Below are positions 29,046 to 39,441 of a DNA stretch of 64,000 bases, piece after piece (within the stretch, counting starts at the first letter, position 1; each line of letters begins with the position of its first letter). Source of the DNA: Trueperaceae bacterium (GTDB lineage Bacteria > Deinococcota > Deinococci > Deinococcales > Trueperaceae); assembly GCA_034520945.1 (NCBI GenBank), contig JAXHNB010000006.1, positions 640,001 through 704,000 on the forward strand. The letters are read 5' to 3'. The position numbers were made by a program, and so were the translations under genes. The notes below the pieces were generated by a model. That model was not told the DNA's origin and ran no database searches. It saw only the letters and a list, made by a program, of their open reading frames with translations.

Positions 29046-29294
29046 ATGAGTGACACCGTCGACGAGGTGCTCGACAATCGCGGCCTCGAACCCCCCATGC
29101 CGATGACGCGCACGCTGGAGGCGTACGAGGGCCTTGCGCCGGGCGGCCGCCTGCGGATCCACAACGACCGCGTGCCCATCTACCTCCTGCCACAACTAGA
29201 GGAGCGCGGCGCCCGCTTCGAGATCGACGAACAGGTTGATGGCAGCGCCTTCGTCACCATCACCAAGCCCGAGGGCGACGCGGCGGCGCGGTGA
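29046..29294 (+). CDS. DUF2249/SirA-like protein
   Basis: LDNRGLEPPMPMTRTL..IHNDRVPIYLLPQLEERG. Confidence 0.87.
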   Translation: MSDTVDEVLDNRGLEPPMPMTRTLEAYEGLAPGGRLRIHNDRVPIYLLPQLEERGARFEIDEQVDGSAFVTITKPEGDAAAR

Positions 29295-30637
29295 CGTCCG
29301 CGCTTGCTGGGGGCAATGCCGTCCCTTTCGTGGTTCCGCTGCGCTTCTTGCTGAGTGGCGCCGTGGCCCTGGCTGCGTTCTGGACGGCGCTCGTGTTGCG
29401 TCCCAGCGCTGCGGTGGGGTACGCCGCCGCGCCGGATACGTTGGCGTTGGTGCATGTGCTCACGTTGGGGGTCGGCACGCTGGTGCTGGTGGGTGCCATG
29501 CATCAGTTGGTGCCGGTGCTGCTGGTCACGCACCTCTATGCTCCCGGGTGGGGGTTGGCGACGTTCCTGGGGTTGGGTGTGGGTTCGTTGGCGGTGGTGC
29601 TGGGTTTCGCCCTCGGGTCGCGCCCGGCGTGGTTGGCGGTGGGTGGCACCGTGGCGTGGCTGGCCGTCACGCTGTTCGTCCTGAACGTCGGCCTCACCGC
29701 CGCCCGCGTAGCGCGCCTCGACGCGCCCGCCGTGACGCTGCTGGTGGCGACGGCGTACCTGTGGTTGACGTTCACGCTGGGGACGCTGCTGGCGCTGGCG
29801 CGCGTCTGGCCCGCCCTGCAGGCGGCGCTCGGGTACGCCACGCCCGTCCACCTCTCCTTCGGCCTGCTTGGCGCGTTCGGGCTGGCCATCGCCGGTGCGG
29901 GCCATAAGCTCCTCTCGATGTTCACTCTGGCGCACGGTGTGCGCCTGGGCGCGCTCTGGGGCGTCCTCGGCTTCACGGTGGCCGGGACGGTGCTGCTGGT
30001 GGTGGTCACCTGGGGTCCCGCCGTGGGGTTCGGCGGCGGTCCGGGGGCGCTTACCTACGCCGCGTCCTGGGGGGCGCGCCTCGCCTTCCTGTTCGGGGGC
30101 GCGTGCTACGCCCTGGACGTCCGTCGGATCCTGCGCGCCCGCATACGCCGCAACCCGGACGTGGGCGTGCGGGGGTTCCTGGTCGGCATCGCAGGGTTCG
30201 TGCCGGCGGCGGCGGCGATGCTGGCGGGGCGCATCGACGTCGCGGTGACACTGGTGTTGGTGGGCGTCGTTCCGCTGGCCATCGCCGGCATGCTCGTCAA
30301 GATCTCGACGTTCCTGACCTGGCAGCACCGCTACGCGCGATGGGTGGGTCGCAGCCAGACGGGGCGGGGCACGCCGATGCTGTCCGACATGATCCGGCCG
30401 CGCCTGGGGTGGGTCACGATCATGGGCTTGGCGGCGGGGAGCCTGCTGGTGGCACTGGCGCGATTGCTGGACAGCGAAGCCGTCGCGGGCATTGCTGCCG
30501 TGCTGGGCGCCGTGGGCGCCTGGGCGCTGCTGGCGCACGTGGCGTGGATCGTCTTCGCCGAGCATGCGCCGAGCGGAGCGCAGGGCACGCCCCCCGCTCC
30601 GCCGGTGGAGAGGAGACAGGATGTCCGACCTTCGTGA
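29291..30637 (+). CDS. Polytopic membrane protein with repeated His motifs (NnrS/HCO-subunit-I-like)
   Basis: LVHVLTLG..GAMHQLVPV; VHLSFGLLG..GAGHKLLSMF; GMLVKISTFLTW; about 12 TM. Confidence 0.8.
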   Translation: MTSALAGGNAVPFVVPLRFLLSGAVALAAFWTALVLRPSAAVGYAAAPDTLALVHVLTLGVGTLVLVGAMHQLVPVLLVTHLYAPGWGLATFLGLGVGSLAVVLGFALGSRPAWLAVGGTVAWLAVTLFVLNVGLTAARVARLDAPAVTLLVATAYLWLTFTLGTLLALARVWPALQAALGYATPVHLSFGLLGAFGLAIAGAGHKLLSMFTLAHGVRLGALWGVLGFTVAGTVLLVVVTWGPAVGFGGGPGALTYAASWGARLAFLFGGACYALDVRRILRARIRRNPDVGVRGFLVGIAGFVPAAAAMLAGRIDVAVTLVLVGVVPLAIAGMLVKISTFLTWQHRYARWVGRSQTGRGTPMLSDMIRPRLGWVTIMGLAAGSLLVALARLLDSEAVAGIAAVLGAVGAWALLAHVAWIVFAEHAPSGAQGTPPAPPVERRQDVRPS

Positions 30638-30977
30638 CGAGATTCGGGGTGACGTCGCCGTCACCGAGATGAACCCCAGCGTTGATCCGCAGGAGGTGGT
30701 GCGCGGCATGGCGAGCGTCATCGATCCCGAGCTGGGATTGGATGTGGTGTCGCTCGGCCTGGTGTACGAGGTGCACGTGGTGGGGGGTGATGTGACCGTC
30801 ATCATGACGCTCACCACGCCGGGATGCCCGCTGCACGGCATCATCAGCGCCGACGCCAGCGAGAAGGTCGGCGCGCTGCCGGGCGTGGACAGTGTCGATG
30901 TGCAGCTGGTTTGGGATCCGGCCTGGACGCCGGACATGATCTCAGAGGAGGGCAGGAGCAAGCTGTTCTGGCTGTGA
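30621..30977 (+). CDS. DUF59/SufT-like metal-sulfur cluster assembly factor
   Basis: VIDPELGLDVVSLGLVY, MTLTTPGCP, WDPAWTPDMIS. Confidence 0.92.
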   Translation: MSDLRDEIRGDVAVTEMNPSVDPQEVVRGMASVIDPELGLDVVSLGLVYEVHVVGGDVTVIMTLTTPGCPLHGIISADASEKVGALPGVDSVDVQLVWDPAWTPDMISEEGRSKLFWL

Positions 30978-31149
30978 GCCGGCCCTTGCTACCTCGGTTT
31001 GGGCGCCCCCCCCCGGGGTCAGGGAGCGCTGCATGTCGTCGATGCGTTCGCTGATGCGGATGCCGCGCCGGCACGATCTCGGGCTGATGGTGGTGCCGGG
31101 CCTCGTGTCGTGCCCTCGGTCACACCTGGCAACCCCGGGTACGATCCAA

Positions 31150-31572
31150 TCCGAACTTCGGCGTATTCGATGGCACGAAGGTCAGCGGCGTGGCGAACGG
31201 CCGCGTCGAGGGTGACGATACGTGCGTTTAAGCCTCCCGCAAAGGCGAGGTGCAGTGCGTCGAGGCGCGTAGGCTCGTGCGCCGCGCAAGCAGCCACGCC
31301 GTGGCGCGCTCGTAGTGGACCGCGGTGAGGGGTCGGATCTGGAAGCGGCTGGCTTGGAGATCCTGCTCGAATGCCGCTTCGATACGGTTAGCTTCCACTT
31401 CGCTGATCTGGCGCATGCGGGTCCAACGTGCCAGCGCGGAAGTGAACTCGACGCGCGTCAGTTGACGGATCAGCACAGCCTCTTCTTGGCGTCGCAGCAA
31501 ATCCTCTACGGCTTCGCTGTGCCGTTCGAGCCGGTAGTAGGGCAGGAGCGCGCTGGTGTCGAAGTACAGCAC
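31150..31572 (-). pseudogene. vapC: VapC PIN toxin, frameshifted
   Basis: YFDTSALLPYY..VEFTSAL..SLRA, then LDALHLA..VTLD in another frame at about 31262; 3' end approximate. Confidence 0.82.
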
Positions 31573-31809
31573 TCAGTACCGCTCATCGTCTCGAAGGCTG
31601 CGCACCGTTTCGGCCGCTGACTCCTTCATCGAGGGTAGCTGACGCCGCAACTCGCTTCGGTCAGGGAAAGGCGACATCGGTCGTTCGACGGGAACGAGTC
31701 GTGCCGCCGGTCGTCCTCGGCGAACGATCACGATCTCCTCCCCCGCAGCCACCGCGTCGAGGAGGTCTGAGAGTCGCTCGCGTGCGTCTCGCACGTTCAC
31801 GGTTTCCAT
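31573..31809 (-). CDS. Phd/YefM antitoxin
   Basis: METVNVRDARERLSDLLDAVAAGEEIVIVRRGRPAARLVP. Confidence 0.92.
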   Translation of the reverse strand: METVNVRDARERLSDLLDAVAAGEEIVIVRRGRPAARLVPVERPMSPFPDRSELRRQLPSMKESAAETVRSLRDDERY

Positions 31810-32049
31810 ACGCACTTCCCGTGTGTACTCGTCTAGTGTACGTCAACCCGTGTCAGCGCTCCCTGCCTTGCGCAGCCCGTCTCTTCACCTTCCTTCACGT
31901 ACGGTATCGTTTTCCCGAAGCACGCTTTGCGGTGAGTGCGACGCAACCCGTCGCAGCGCCGTGCCATACCGGGACACACGCGGCAGGACCCGGACCGAGC
32001 CGGGCGCCGGCCGACGCGACCGCCCCCAGGACGAAGGGATTCGCGCTTC

Positions 32050-32340
32050 TTGGACATCTTCGATTTCCGCGAGCACCTGATCGGCGATTACGCCGATTAC
32101 GTGCGGTCGTTCATCCACATTCGCGACGCGCGCATCCGAGACCAGGTCGAGGGCGCTTTGAAGGACGGACGCCTGTGGCCGCAGCCGCTGCTGCAGCTCA
32201 ACCCGTCGTTCGAGCCGGGTGGGTCGCTGGATGCCTTGGTGCGCGAGGGCGTCCTGCACTCGCGGACGCCGGAGGTGTTCCGCGTGGGCAAGTCGGTGGT
32301 GGATCCGCGGGGCCGACCGCTCCCGGCGCACCGGCAGCTT
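32050..32340 (+). pseudogene. N-terminal remnant of a large DEAD/DEAH-box helicase
   Basis: DIFDFREHLIGDYADYVRSFIHIRDARIR..LWPQPLLQLNPSFEPG, cut near the Q-motif before Walker A. Confidence 0.75.
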
Positions 32341-32364
32341 CGCGCAACAGACACGGAGGCTGAG

Positions 32365-32383
32365 CAACTTGTTTGACAAGTTG
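32365..32383. promoter_or_regulatory. FadR-type operator
   Basis: CAACTTGT-TTG-ACAAGTTG perfect inverted repeat before the FadR-type gene. Confidence 0.75.
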
Positions 32384-32417
32384 TAAGGTCGTTTCATCGA
32401 AGGCAGGAGGCAATGGC

Positions 32418-33212
32418 ATGGTCGAGATCGGCGTAGAGCACGCGATGCTGACCAAAGGCCGCAAGCCGGGTCCGTCGTCTGGTAGCAAGTCGCAGTGCAT
32501 CGCGCAGGCGCTAGCGTCCGCCATCGTCGCGGGGAATCTGTCCGATGGCGCGTTTCTTCCTCCTGAGAACGAGCTCGCGGCGCGGTTCGAAGTGAGCAGG
32601 CCGATCGTGAGGGAGGCGCTTCACAAGGTCGCTGGCGCAGGCTTGGTGGAGTCCCGGCACGGCATCGGCACGTACGTGAAGCCCGAGTCGTCGTGGGGTC
32701 TATTCGACTCGCTGGTGATGGAAGCCTACGTCGCGACTGGGAACCTGCCGCGCGTACTGAACGAGATCATCGAGCTCAGGCGTATGGTCGAAGTCGAAGC
32801 GGCCGGGAACGCGGCTGCAAGGATAGGCCAAGTGGGGCTCGCGCGGCTCGGCGACTGGCTCGAGCAAATGGACGACGTCATCGCGGATCCCGATCGGACG
32901 GCCCGAGCCGACATCGCATTCCATGATGCGATCGTGGCCGTCACCGAGAACCGGTTTCTCGTGGCGATCGCGCGTCAGCCCAGGCGACTCCTGCTCGAGG
33001 CGCGTCATCTCACCTCCACGGCCGGTGGGCTGAGCGGCCGAAGGCGGGCGTTGGACGAGCATAGGCGCGTGTATGACGCAATCCGTGAGGGGAACGGCGA
33101 GGAGGCCCGGGAGGCCATGAGCGTTCACGTGAGCAACTCGGAGGCTGATCTCCGGCGTGCGATTCTCCGTGAAGGCGGCGACCACGCTTCGGGCCGAGGG
33201 GACGATCGCTAG
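32418..33212 (+). CDS. GntR/FadR family regulator (DgoR-like)
   Basis: LPPENELAARFEVSRPIVREAL..GIGTYV; ELRRMVE, DIAFHDAI, EHRRVYDAI; start uncertain. Confidence 0.9.
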   Translation: MVEIGVEHAMLTKGRKPGPSSGSKSQCIAQALASAIVAGNLSDGAFLPPENELAARFEVSRPIVREALHKVAGAGLVESRHGIGTYVKPESSWGLFDSLVMEAYVATGNLPRVLNEIIELRRMVEVEAAGNAAARIGQVGLARLGDWLEQMDDVIADPDRTARADIAFHDAIVAVTENRFLVAIARQPRRLLLEARHLTSTAGGLSGRRRALDEHRRVYDAIREGNGEEAREAMSVHVSNSEADLRRAILREGGDHASGRGDDR

Positions 33213-34390
33213 TGCGTATTGCGGCCGTCAATACTTGGTTCGTCGAAGGCATCAAGTACAACTGGTGTTTCATCAAGGTTGAGACCGAGAACGGACTGTA
33301 CGGGTACGGCGAGGCGACCAACTGGCCGGGCTCCCCGCTGGTGGAGGCGGCGTGTCGGCACGTCGGAGAGCGGATCGTGGGTCTGGACGCACGCCGAATC
33401 GACTTCATGTGGACGAAGCTGTACAAGGACATGAACTGGCTGGGTCAGGCGGGTCCCGTTGCTGAGTGCCATGAGCGCCGTGGACATGGCGCTTATGGGA
33501 CATACAGGGCAAGGCATTGGGCGCTGCCCGTGTACCAGCTCCTTGGCGGCGCCTATCGGGAACGGATCGAACTGTACGCCAACTACTGGTTCACCGGTGC
33601 GGAACATACTGCGTCCGACTACGCCCGTGATGCGAAGCGGGCCGTCGACGCTGGCTTCGACGCCCTCAAGTTCGACCCCTTCTCGCATGTCGACTACCTT
33701 TACGGTGAGCACTTGGCGCCTGCGCTTGGACTCAGTTCTGCAGCAGAAGGAGCGGGCGATCGACGTTGACGCGGGCCGTTCAGGATGCGCGGTCGGTCGC
33801 ACGTCCCATTGGCTCTCGAAACGCATGCCATGCTGAACGGCGCGACCGCGGTCGAGATGGCGAGACCGGATCGCGCAGGCGGGGATCAATTGCATGTGGT
33901 ACGAGGAGCCGTGCCCGCCGGAAGTACCAGACGCGATCGCGGACGTGCGCCGCCAGGATTTCGCGTTGCCTGTCGCGGTGGGCGAGCGCCTGCCACAGCC
34001 GGTACATGTTTCGGCCCGTGCTCGAGAAGCAAGCGGCGGACGTGCTCGATGCCCGATATCACCCGCTGTGGCGGCGTGAGCGAGATGCGCAAGATCGCCA
34101 ACGCTGGCGGAGACCTTCAACCTGCCCATCGCGCCACACAACCCGAACGGTCCTTTGTCGACCATCGCCTCGGCGCATGTGATGGCGTGCGATTCCGAAC
34201 TTCATGCGGCTGGAATTCATGTTCGACGACGTGCCATGGCGTGACGAGGTTCTCGATGCCTGAAGGGATGCCCATCGATCGCGGGAGTGTTCGTGCTCCC
34301 CGACCGTCCCGGACTGGGGTTTTCGACTCGACGAGGGCGTCCTCGAGGCGCCATCCGGGCATCGTCGACCAGGAGGGCTACTACGTATGA
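33212..34390 (+). pseudogene. Mandelate racemase/sugar-acid dehydratase, multiply frameshifted
   Basis: FIKVET..GYGEAT, SAVDMAL, ALKFDPF, LETHAM, WYEEPC, PDITRCGGVSE, PDRPGLG spread over several frames. Confidence 0.85.
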
Positions 34391-34406
34391 TGGGTGGAAC
34401 GGGCAT

Positions 34407-35387
34407 ATGACGGTCGTGATCACGAAGAAGATGCCGGAGGCTCTCGTTGCCCAGGAGCTTCCCGGTGTCGACGTCGTCCAGGGTCCAGATGGGCGTGCGT
34501 GGTCGCGAGAGCAAGTGATCCCGTACCTGGCCAGCGCTGAAGCCCTGATCACCTGGGGCTTCTTGAAGGTCGACGACGACGCTCCTGTCGCACGCCCCGA
34601 ACTTGAAGGTCGTTGCCAACGCTGCAGCGGGCGTGAACAACCTGGACGTCTGACGCAGCTCGACCCGCCACGGGGTGTGGGCCACGAACGTGCCCGACGC
34701 GTTCGCGGTGCCGACCGCCGAGGTCGCGATCGGTCTTGATGGTCTCCCTCATGAGACGCATCAGCGAGGGAGAACGGTACCTGCGTGCCGGCGAATGGAA
34801 GGAGATCGGAGCCCGGTCGCTTCGACGGCGTCTCGCTCGCGGGGAAGCGGCTTGGCCTGGTGGGCTTCGGTCGTATTGGCACGAGAGGTGGCACGCCGGG
34901 CGACGCGCGTTCGGCATGGACGTGATGCTACACGAGGCGCGGAGGCGTCGAGACGGCGAAGCTGCTCGAAGATGGGAACGCGACGTATCGCTCTCTCGAC
35001 GAGCTCCTCGAGGCAGCGGACGTCGTCTCGCTCCATACGCCACTCACGGAGGAGACGCGCCACCTGATCGATGTCTGCCATGCTCGCGAAGATGAAGCCG
35101 ACCGCGTTCTTGGTGAACACGGCTCGTGGCAACGTGGTCGATCAGGATGCCCTGATCGACGCGCTCGCCAGCGGTCGCCTTGCCGGTGCTGGCCTGGATG
35201 TGTTTGCCGACGAGCCCGCGTTCCCGAGCGTCTACTCGCACTCGACGACGTCGTCGTGACGCCACATTTGGGCGGTGCATCCGTCGAGTCCCGGTGGGAG
35301 GCGTACCGGCAGGCGCTCGAAAACGTCCGGCTCGTGTTCGAGGGGCGAGAACCACGCTCGCCCGTCAACCGGGGAATGTTCCTCTAG
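34407..35387 (+). pseudogene. D-2-hydroxyacid dehydrogenase (glyoxylate reductase-like), multiply frameshifted
   Basis: [45 protein letters not shown] across frames. Confidence 0.85.
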
Positions 35388-35463
35388 AAGGGGGGTGATA
35401 GGTAGCGAGGGTAGGTCCACAGAAGCGACACCGCAATGACCTCGACGAAAGGTGGTCGATAAC

Positions 35464-36438
35464 ATGAAGAAGGGATTGACGAGTCTTCTCCTGCTGGTGC
35501 TGGTGGCCGGCTTCACATCTTCGGCTTTGGCCCAGGAGTTTCCGGACAGCAGCATCACCGTCATCGCGCCGGCAGCCGCAGGTGGCGGCACTGACCTGAC
35601 CGCTCGGAACCTTGGCCGTGAGGCCGAGCCGTTCCTGGGCGTTTCGGTCAGCGTACGCAACATGCCCGGTGGCGGAAACGCGATCGGAATCACGGCTGGG
35701 AACCAGGCGGACCCTGACGGGTACACCCTCGTGCTCGGTCAGGTCGAGACGGTCCTTGCTGCCCATGACAGGGCGCGTTCCTTGGGAAGCGGAAGACTTC
35801 ACGCCCATTATCGGGCGTGAACAAGGCTTCCTCGGCGCTGACCGTGCAGGGCGGATTCTCCCTGGGAGAGCTGCTGCAGGAGTTCCTGCAGTACGCCAAG
35901 TGAGAACCCCGGCGTCCAGGTGGGTGGCTCGGCCCCCGGCACGATCTGGCACCTTGCAGCCGTGGGACTGGACCAAGTCGCGGACGCCGGGCTTCAACGT
36001 CATTCCCGTACTCGGGTGGCGCTGCGCCGGCGATTCAGGACCTGCTCGGTGGTCAGCTCGAAGCCGTGACCGTCAGCGGCGGTGAGGTTTCCGATCAGGT
36101 CGAGGCGGGCAACCTCCGGATCCTCTGCATCATGAGCGACGGAGCGCGACACGACGCGGTTCCCCGACGTGCCGACGTGCGCGGAAGAAGGCTATGACGC
36201 CAACTACGCGACCTGGTGGGCACTTCTGGCACCGCCCGACACGCCCGAAGCGATTCAGATCCACCTTGCACGATGCGTTCAGGCAGGCTTGGGAAAGCGA
36301 CAGCGTTCCAAGAGCTTCATGGCGAGCCAAGGGCTCGAGCCGAACTACGTCGGCCCGGACGAATGGCAGGAGTTCGTCCAGATGGAATCCGAGAAGTTCC
36401 GTCCGGTTCTCGAAGAACTGGATCTCGCGGCCGACTGA
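35464..36438 (+). pseudogene. tctC: Tripartite tricarboxylate transporter binding protein, frameshifted
   Basis: AAGGGTDLTAR, NMPGGGNAIG, ADPDGYTL, VPTCAEEG, APPDTP. Confidence 0.85.
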
Positions 36439-36486
36439 GGCCAAGGAGCGCCAGGTTCCTCTCCCGCGCGGGGAGGGAACCTAGGC

Positions 36487-36960
36487 ATGCCGCTTCGCGC
36501 AATCATGGTCGACATTGTCTCCGGCTTGTTGTTCGCGCTCTTCTCGGGCGCAGTCTTCGCGTTGTCGCTCGCGCTGCCCGAAGGGGCCTCGGGCATTGCT
36601 GGCCCAGGCTTTCTTCCGAGAGTGCTCGGGACGTTCGGCGTGGTCTTGGGGCTCATGTTGTGCGTGCGTGGCGCGTATGCGATCAGGGGCGGTTCGAGTT
36701 CCAAGGGACCGCGTACGAGGGGGTGGGAGTACTACCTTCGCTTGCTCGCGCTCGTGGTGGTGGCCAGTGCATATGTATTTACGCTCGAGCCTTACGGGTT
36801 TCTGTTGACTTCAGCCGGGTTCCTGTTCATGACGCTACTCATCCTCGGTGAACGCAGAATCGCCATGCTGGTCGTGATACCCGTGGGGTTCACCGCAGGG
36901 GTGTATTTCCTGTTCAGCGAGCTTCTCGGGCTCCGCCTTCCCAGTGGGCCGCTGCTCTGA
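36487..36960 (+). CDS. tctB: Tripartite tricarboxylate transporter TctB
   Basis: GPGFLPRVL, GFLLTS, LFSELLGLRLPSG. Confidence 0.87.
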   Translation: MPLRAIMVDIVSGLLFALFSGAVFALSLALPEGASGIAGPGFLPRVLGTFGVVLGLMLCVRGAYAIRGGSSSKGPRTRGWEYYLRLLALVVVASAYVFTLEPYGFLLTSAGFLFMTLLILGERRIAMLVVIPVGFTAGVYFLFSELLGLRLPSGPLL

Positions 36961-36972
36961 AGGGCTGGTGAC

Positions 36973-38478
36973 ATGGATCTTCTGGCCAACCTGGGTGGAG
37001 GATTCGCTGCGATCCTGAACCTGCATACGATGCTTCTGATGCTCTTCGGCGTGACTGCGGGGCTCCTTGTGGGTGCGCTGCCCGGCCTGACGGTGACGAT
37101 GTCCGTGGCGATCCTCGTGCCGCTCACCTTCGACTTCGAACCCATCAGGGCGTTGTCGATGCTTCTATCGGTGTATGTAGGTGCGGTCACCGGCGGCGCC
37201 GTCAGTGCCATTCTCGTCAACACGCCAGGTACACCGGCGTCGGTAGCGACGACCTTCGATGGCTATCCCATGGCCCAACAAGGCAAGGCAGCACGAGCCC
37301 TGGGCGTCGCCCTCATGGTCAGCATCTTTGGTTCCTTGCTCAGCATCGTGGTACTCATTACTCTCTCTCCCACGATCGCAAGGGCCGCCCTGCGGTTCAG
37401 TGCTCCGGAGTACTTTGCGATCGCGTTCTTCGGGCTGACCATGGTCGTTGGCATTGCGGGCAGTGATTTGATCAAGGGCGTGATGTCGGCAATTTTGGGA
37501 TTGTACGTGGGTTTTATCGGCCTCGACCCCATGATGGGAATGCCACGCTTCACGTTCGGAAACGTGAATCTGCTGGGTGGCTTCTCATTCGTTCCGGTCC
37601 TCATCGGGCTGTTCGCGATCTCTGAAGCCCTTTTGCAGTCGACGAAGTTGCACGAGAAGGCCGAACTCACCAAGGTAAGTGGACGGATCCTCCCGCCGTT
37701 GCGCGATTTCGTGCGTCATAGGTGGCTGATCCTGAAATCGGCCGCCATTGGCACCTCCGTTGGTGCACTGCCGGGCGCAGGAGCCGATATCGCGTCGTTG
37801 GTCTCGTACAACGAAGCGAAGCGAAGCAGCCGCCATCCGGAGCGCTTCGGGAAGGGCGCGGAGGAAGGCGTCGTCGCGTCCGAGACCGCCAACAACGCGA
37901 TCGTTGGGGCTGCACTGATTCCTCTCCTCACGCTCGCGATTCCTGGCGATGCCGTCACCGCCGTGTTGTTGGGCGCCATGCGGATGCACGAACTTCGTCC
38001 AGGACCGTTGCTGTTCCAGCACAACGAACAGGAGGTGTTCGCGATGTATGCGGCCCTCTTGATGTCCGTTCTTCTCTTGCGTGTCGTTGGCACGATCATT
38101 CTCCCGCTCTTCGCGCACGTGATGAACGTCCCACGGCGCTACCTGGTTAGCGGCATCCTCTTGTTCAGCTTCGTGGGTTCGTACGCGATCGGCACCAGCG
38201 TATTCGACATGGCGACCGCGTTGGGATTCGGCGTCCTCGGGTTCATCATGCTTCGCTTCGGGTTTCCCGTAGCACCGATGGTGCTCGCCTTGATCCTCGG
38301 GCCGCTTGCTGAGGATCGTCTGCGACAGGCATTGGTCATGTCGCAGGGAGATTGGAGCATCTTTGTCACTCGGCCGATTTCGGCCATCGTTCTGGCCGTT
38401 GCGTTCGCGTCGCTGTTCTTCGCGTATCGCCAGCAGCGGCAGATCACGCGGCTCACCAACCCCTCCGACGAATCGTAG
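36973..38478 (+). CDS. tctA: Tripartite tricarboxylate transporter TctA
   Basis: GALPGL, ILVNTPGTPAS..DGYPMAQQG, ETANNA, AIPGDAVTAVLLGA. Confidence 0.95.
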   Translation: MDLLANLGGGFAAILNLHTMLLMLFGVTAGLLVGALPGLTVTMSVAILVPLTFDFEPIRALSMLLSVYVGAVTGGAVSAILVNTPGTPASVATTFDGYPMAQQGKAARALGVALMVSIFGSLLSIVVLITLSPTIARAALRFSAPEYFAIAFFGLTMVVGIAGSDLIKGVMSAILGLYVGFIGLDPMMGMPRFTFGNVNLLGGFSFVPVLIGLFAISEALLQSTKLHEKAELTKVSGRILPPLRDFVRHRWLILKSAAIGTSVGALPGAGADIASLVSYNEAKRSSRHPERFGKGAEEGVVASETANNAIVGAALIPLLTLAIPGDAVTAVLLGAMRMHELRPGPLLFQHNEQEVFAMYAALLMSVLLLRVVGTIILPLFAHVMNVPRRYLVSGILLFSFVGSYAIGTSVFDMATALGFGVLGFIMLRFGFPVAPMVLALILGPLAEDRLRQALVMSQGDWSIFVTRPISAIVLAVAFASLFFAYRQQRQITRLTNPSDES

Positions 38479-38496
38479 GAAGTGAGGAAAACGAGG

Positions 38497-39413
38497 ATGG
38501 CGACCGTACATTGGCAAGGTGTCTTCGCGGTTCTGGTGACTCCGTTCCACGAAGACCTGAGTATCGACTTCGACGGGTTGACCCAACAGGTGGACTTCTG
38601 TGTGGCATGCGGCGTTCAAGGGGATCGTCACGCCCGTGGTGGCGAGCGAATTCTTCAAGCTGTCCGACGCTGAACGCGTTCGGATCATCGACGTGGTGGC
38701 CACACGCCTCGACGGTGGCATCCCCCTGGTGGCCGGCGTGGCAGGCACCAGCGCTCCGCACGCCTCTGCGCTCGCGAAGGAGGCCGAGGGACGTAGGGGC
38801 GGACGCGCTCATCGCGATGCCCCCGTATGTGGGCGGCACGAACAGGGCGCAGATCTTCGACTATTACGAAGCGATCGCCCGTGCCGCGCGCCTGCCGCTC
38901 ATGATTCAGAACGCTGGGCCACCCGTTGGTACGCCGCTCGCCGTCGAAGACCTGATCGAACTGGTCGAGCGCGTGCCCGAAATCGTGGCGATCGAACAGG
39001 AAACCTCGCCGAACCCGCAGACGGTCGGCAGAATCGTGGAAGCGGGAGACGGCCGGCTCGAAGGGGTGTTCGGTGGGCTCGGTGGCATCTATCTGTTCAA
39101 CGAGTTGCGTCGCGGAGCCACTGGAACCATGCCCGCCTGCCAGTTCGCCGATGTCGCCGTCCAGGTCTTCGATCTGTACCACGAGGGCGACGAGGATCGT
39201 GCTCGGGAGGTGTACGCCGACCTACAGCCTGCCCTCGTGATGGAGCGCTTGTACGAAATGACGTTCATGAAGGAGTGCCTGAAGCGCCGGGGCGTCATCG
39301 ACACGGCCGTGACGCGGGTGCCGGAAACTCCGATGGACGCGGCAGATCACGCCGAGCTGGATCGGATATGGAACGCGCTGGGAACCCACTTCACGTGGCA
39401 CGCGGGCAAGTGA
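38497..39413 (+). pseudogene. DapA/DHDPS-like lyase or dehydratase, frameshifted
   Basis: GVFAVLVTPF; VVASEFFKLSDAER (other frame); ADALIAMPPY, MIQNA. Confidence 0.82.
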
Positions 39414-39441
39414 AGGTATGGACCGCATGAGAGGCACCGCA

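Noticed and set aside
31020..31865. 12-bp inverted repeat CAGGGAGCGCTG / CAGCGCTCCCTG flanking the Phd-VapC pair
   Set aside because: Does not extend, has no target duplication, and 12-bp GC-rich matches are expected by chance
33212..39413. Programmed ribosomal frameshifting in island genes
   Set aside because: Too many shifts and no consistent slippery sites; error or decay is simpler
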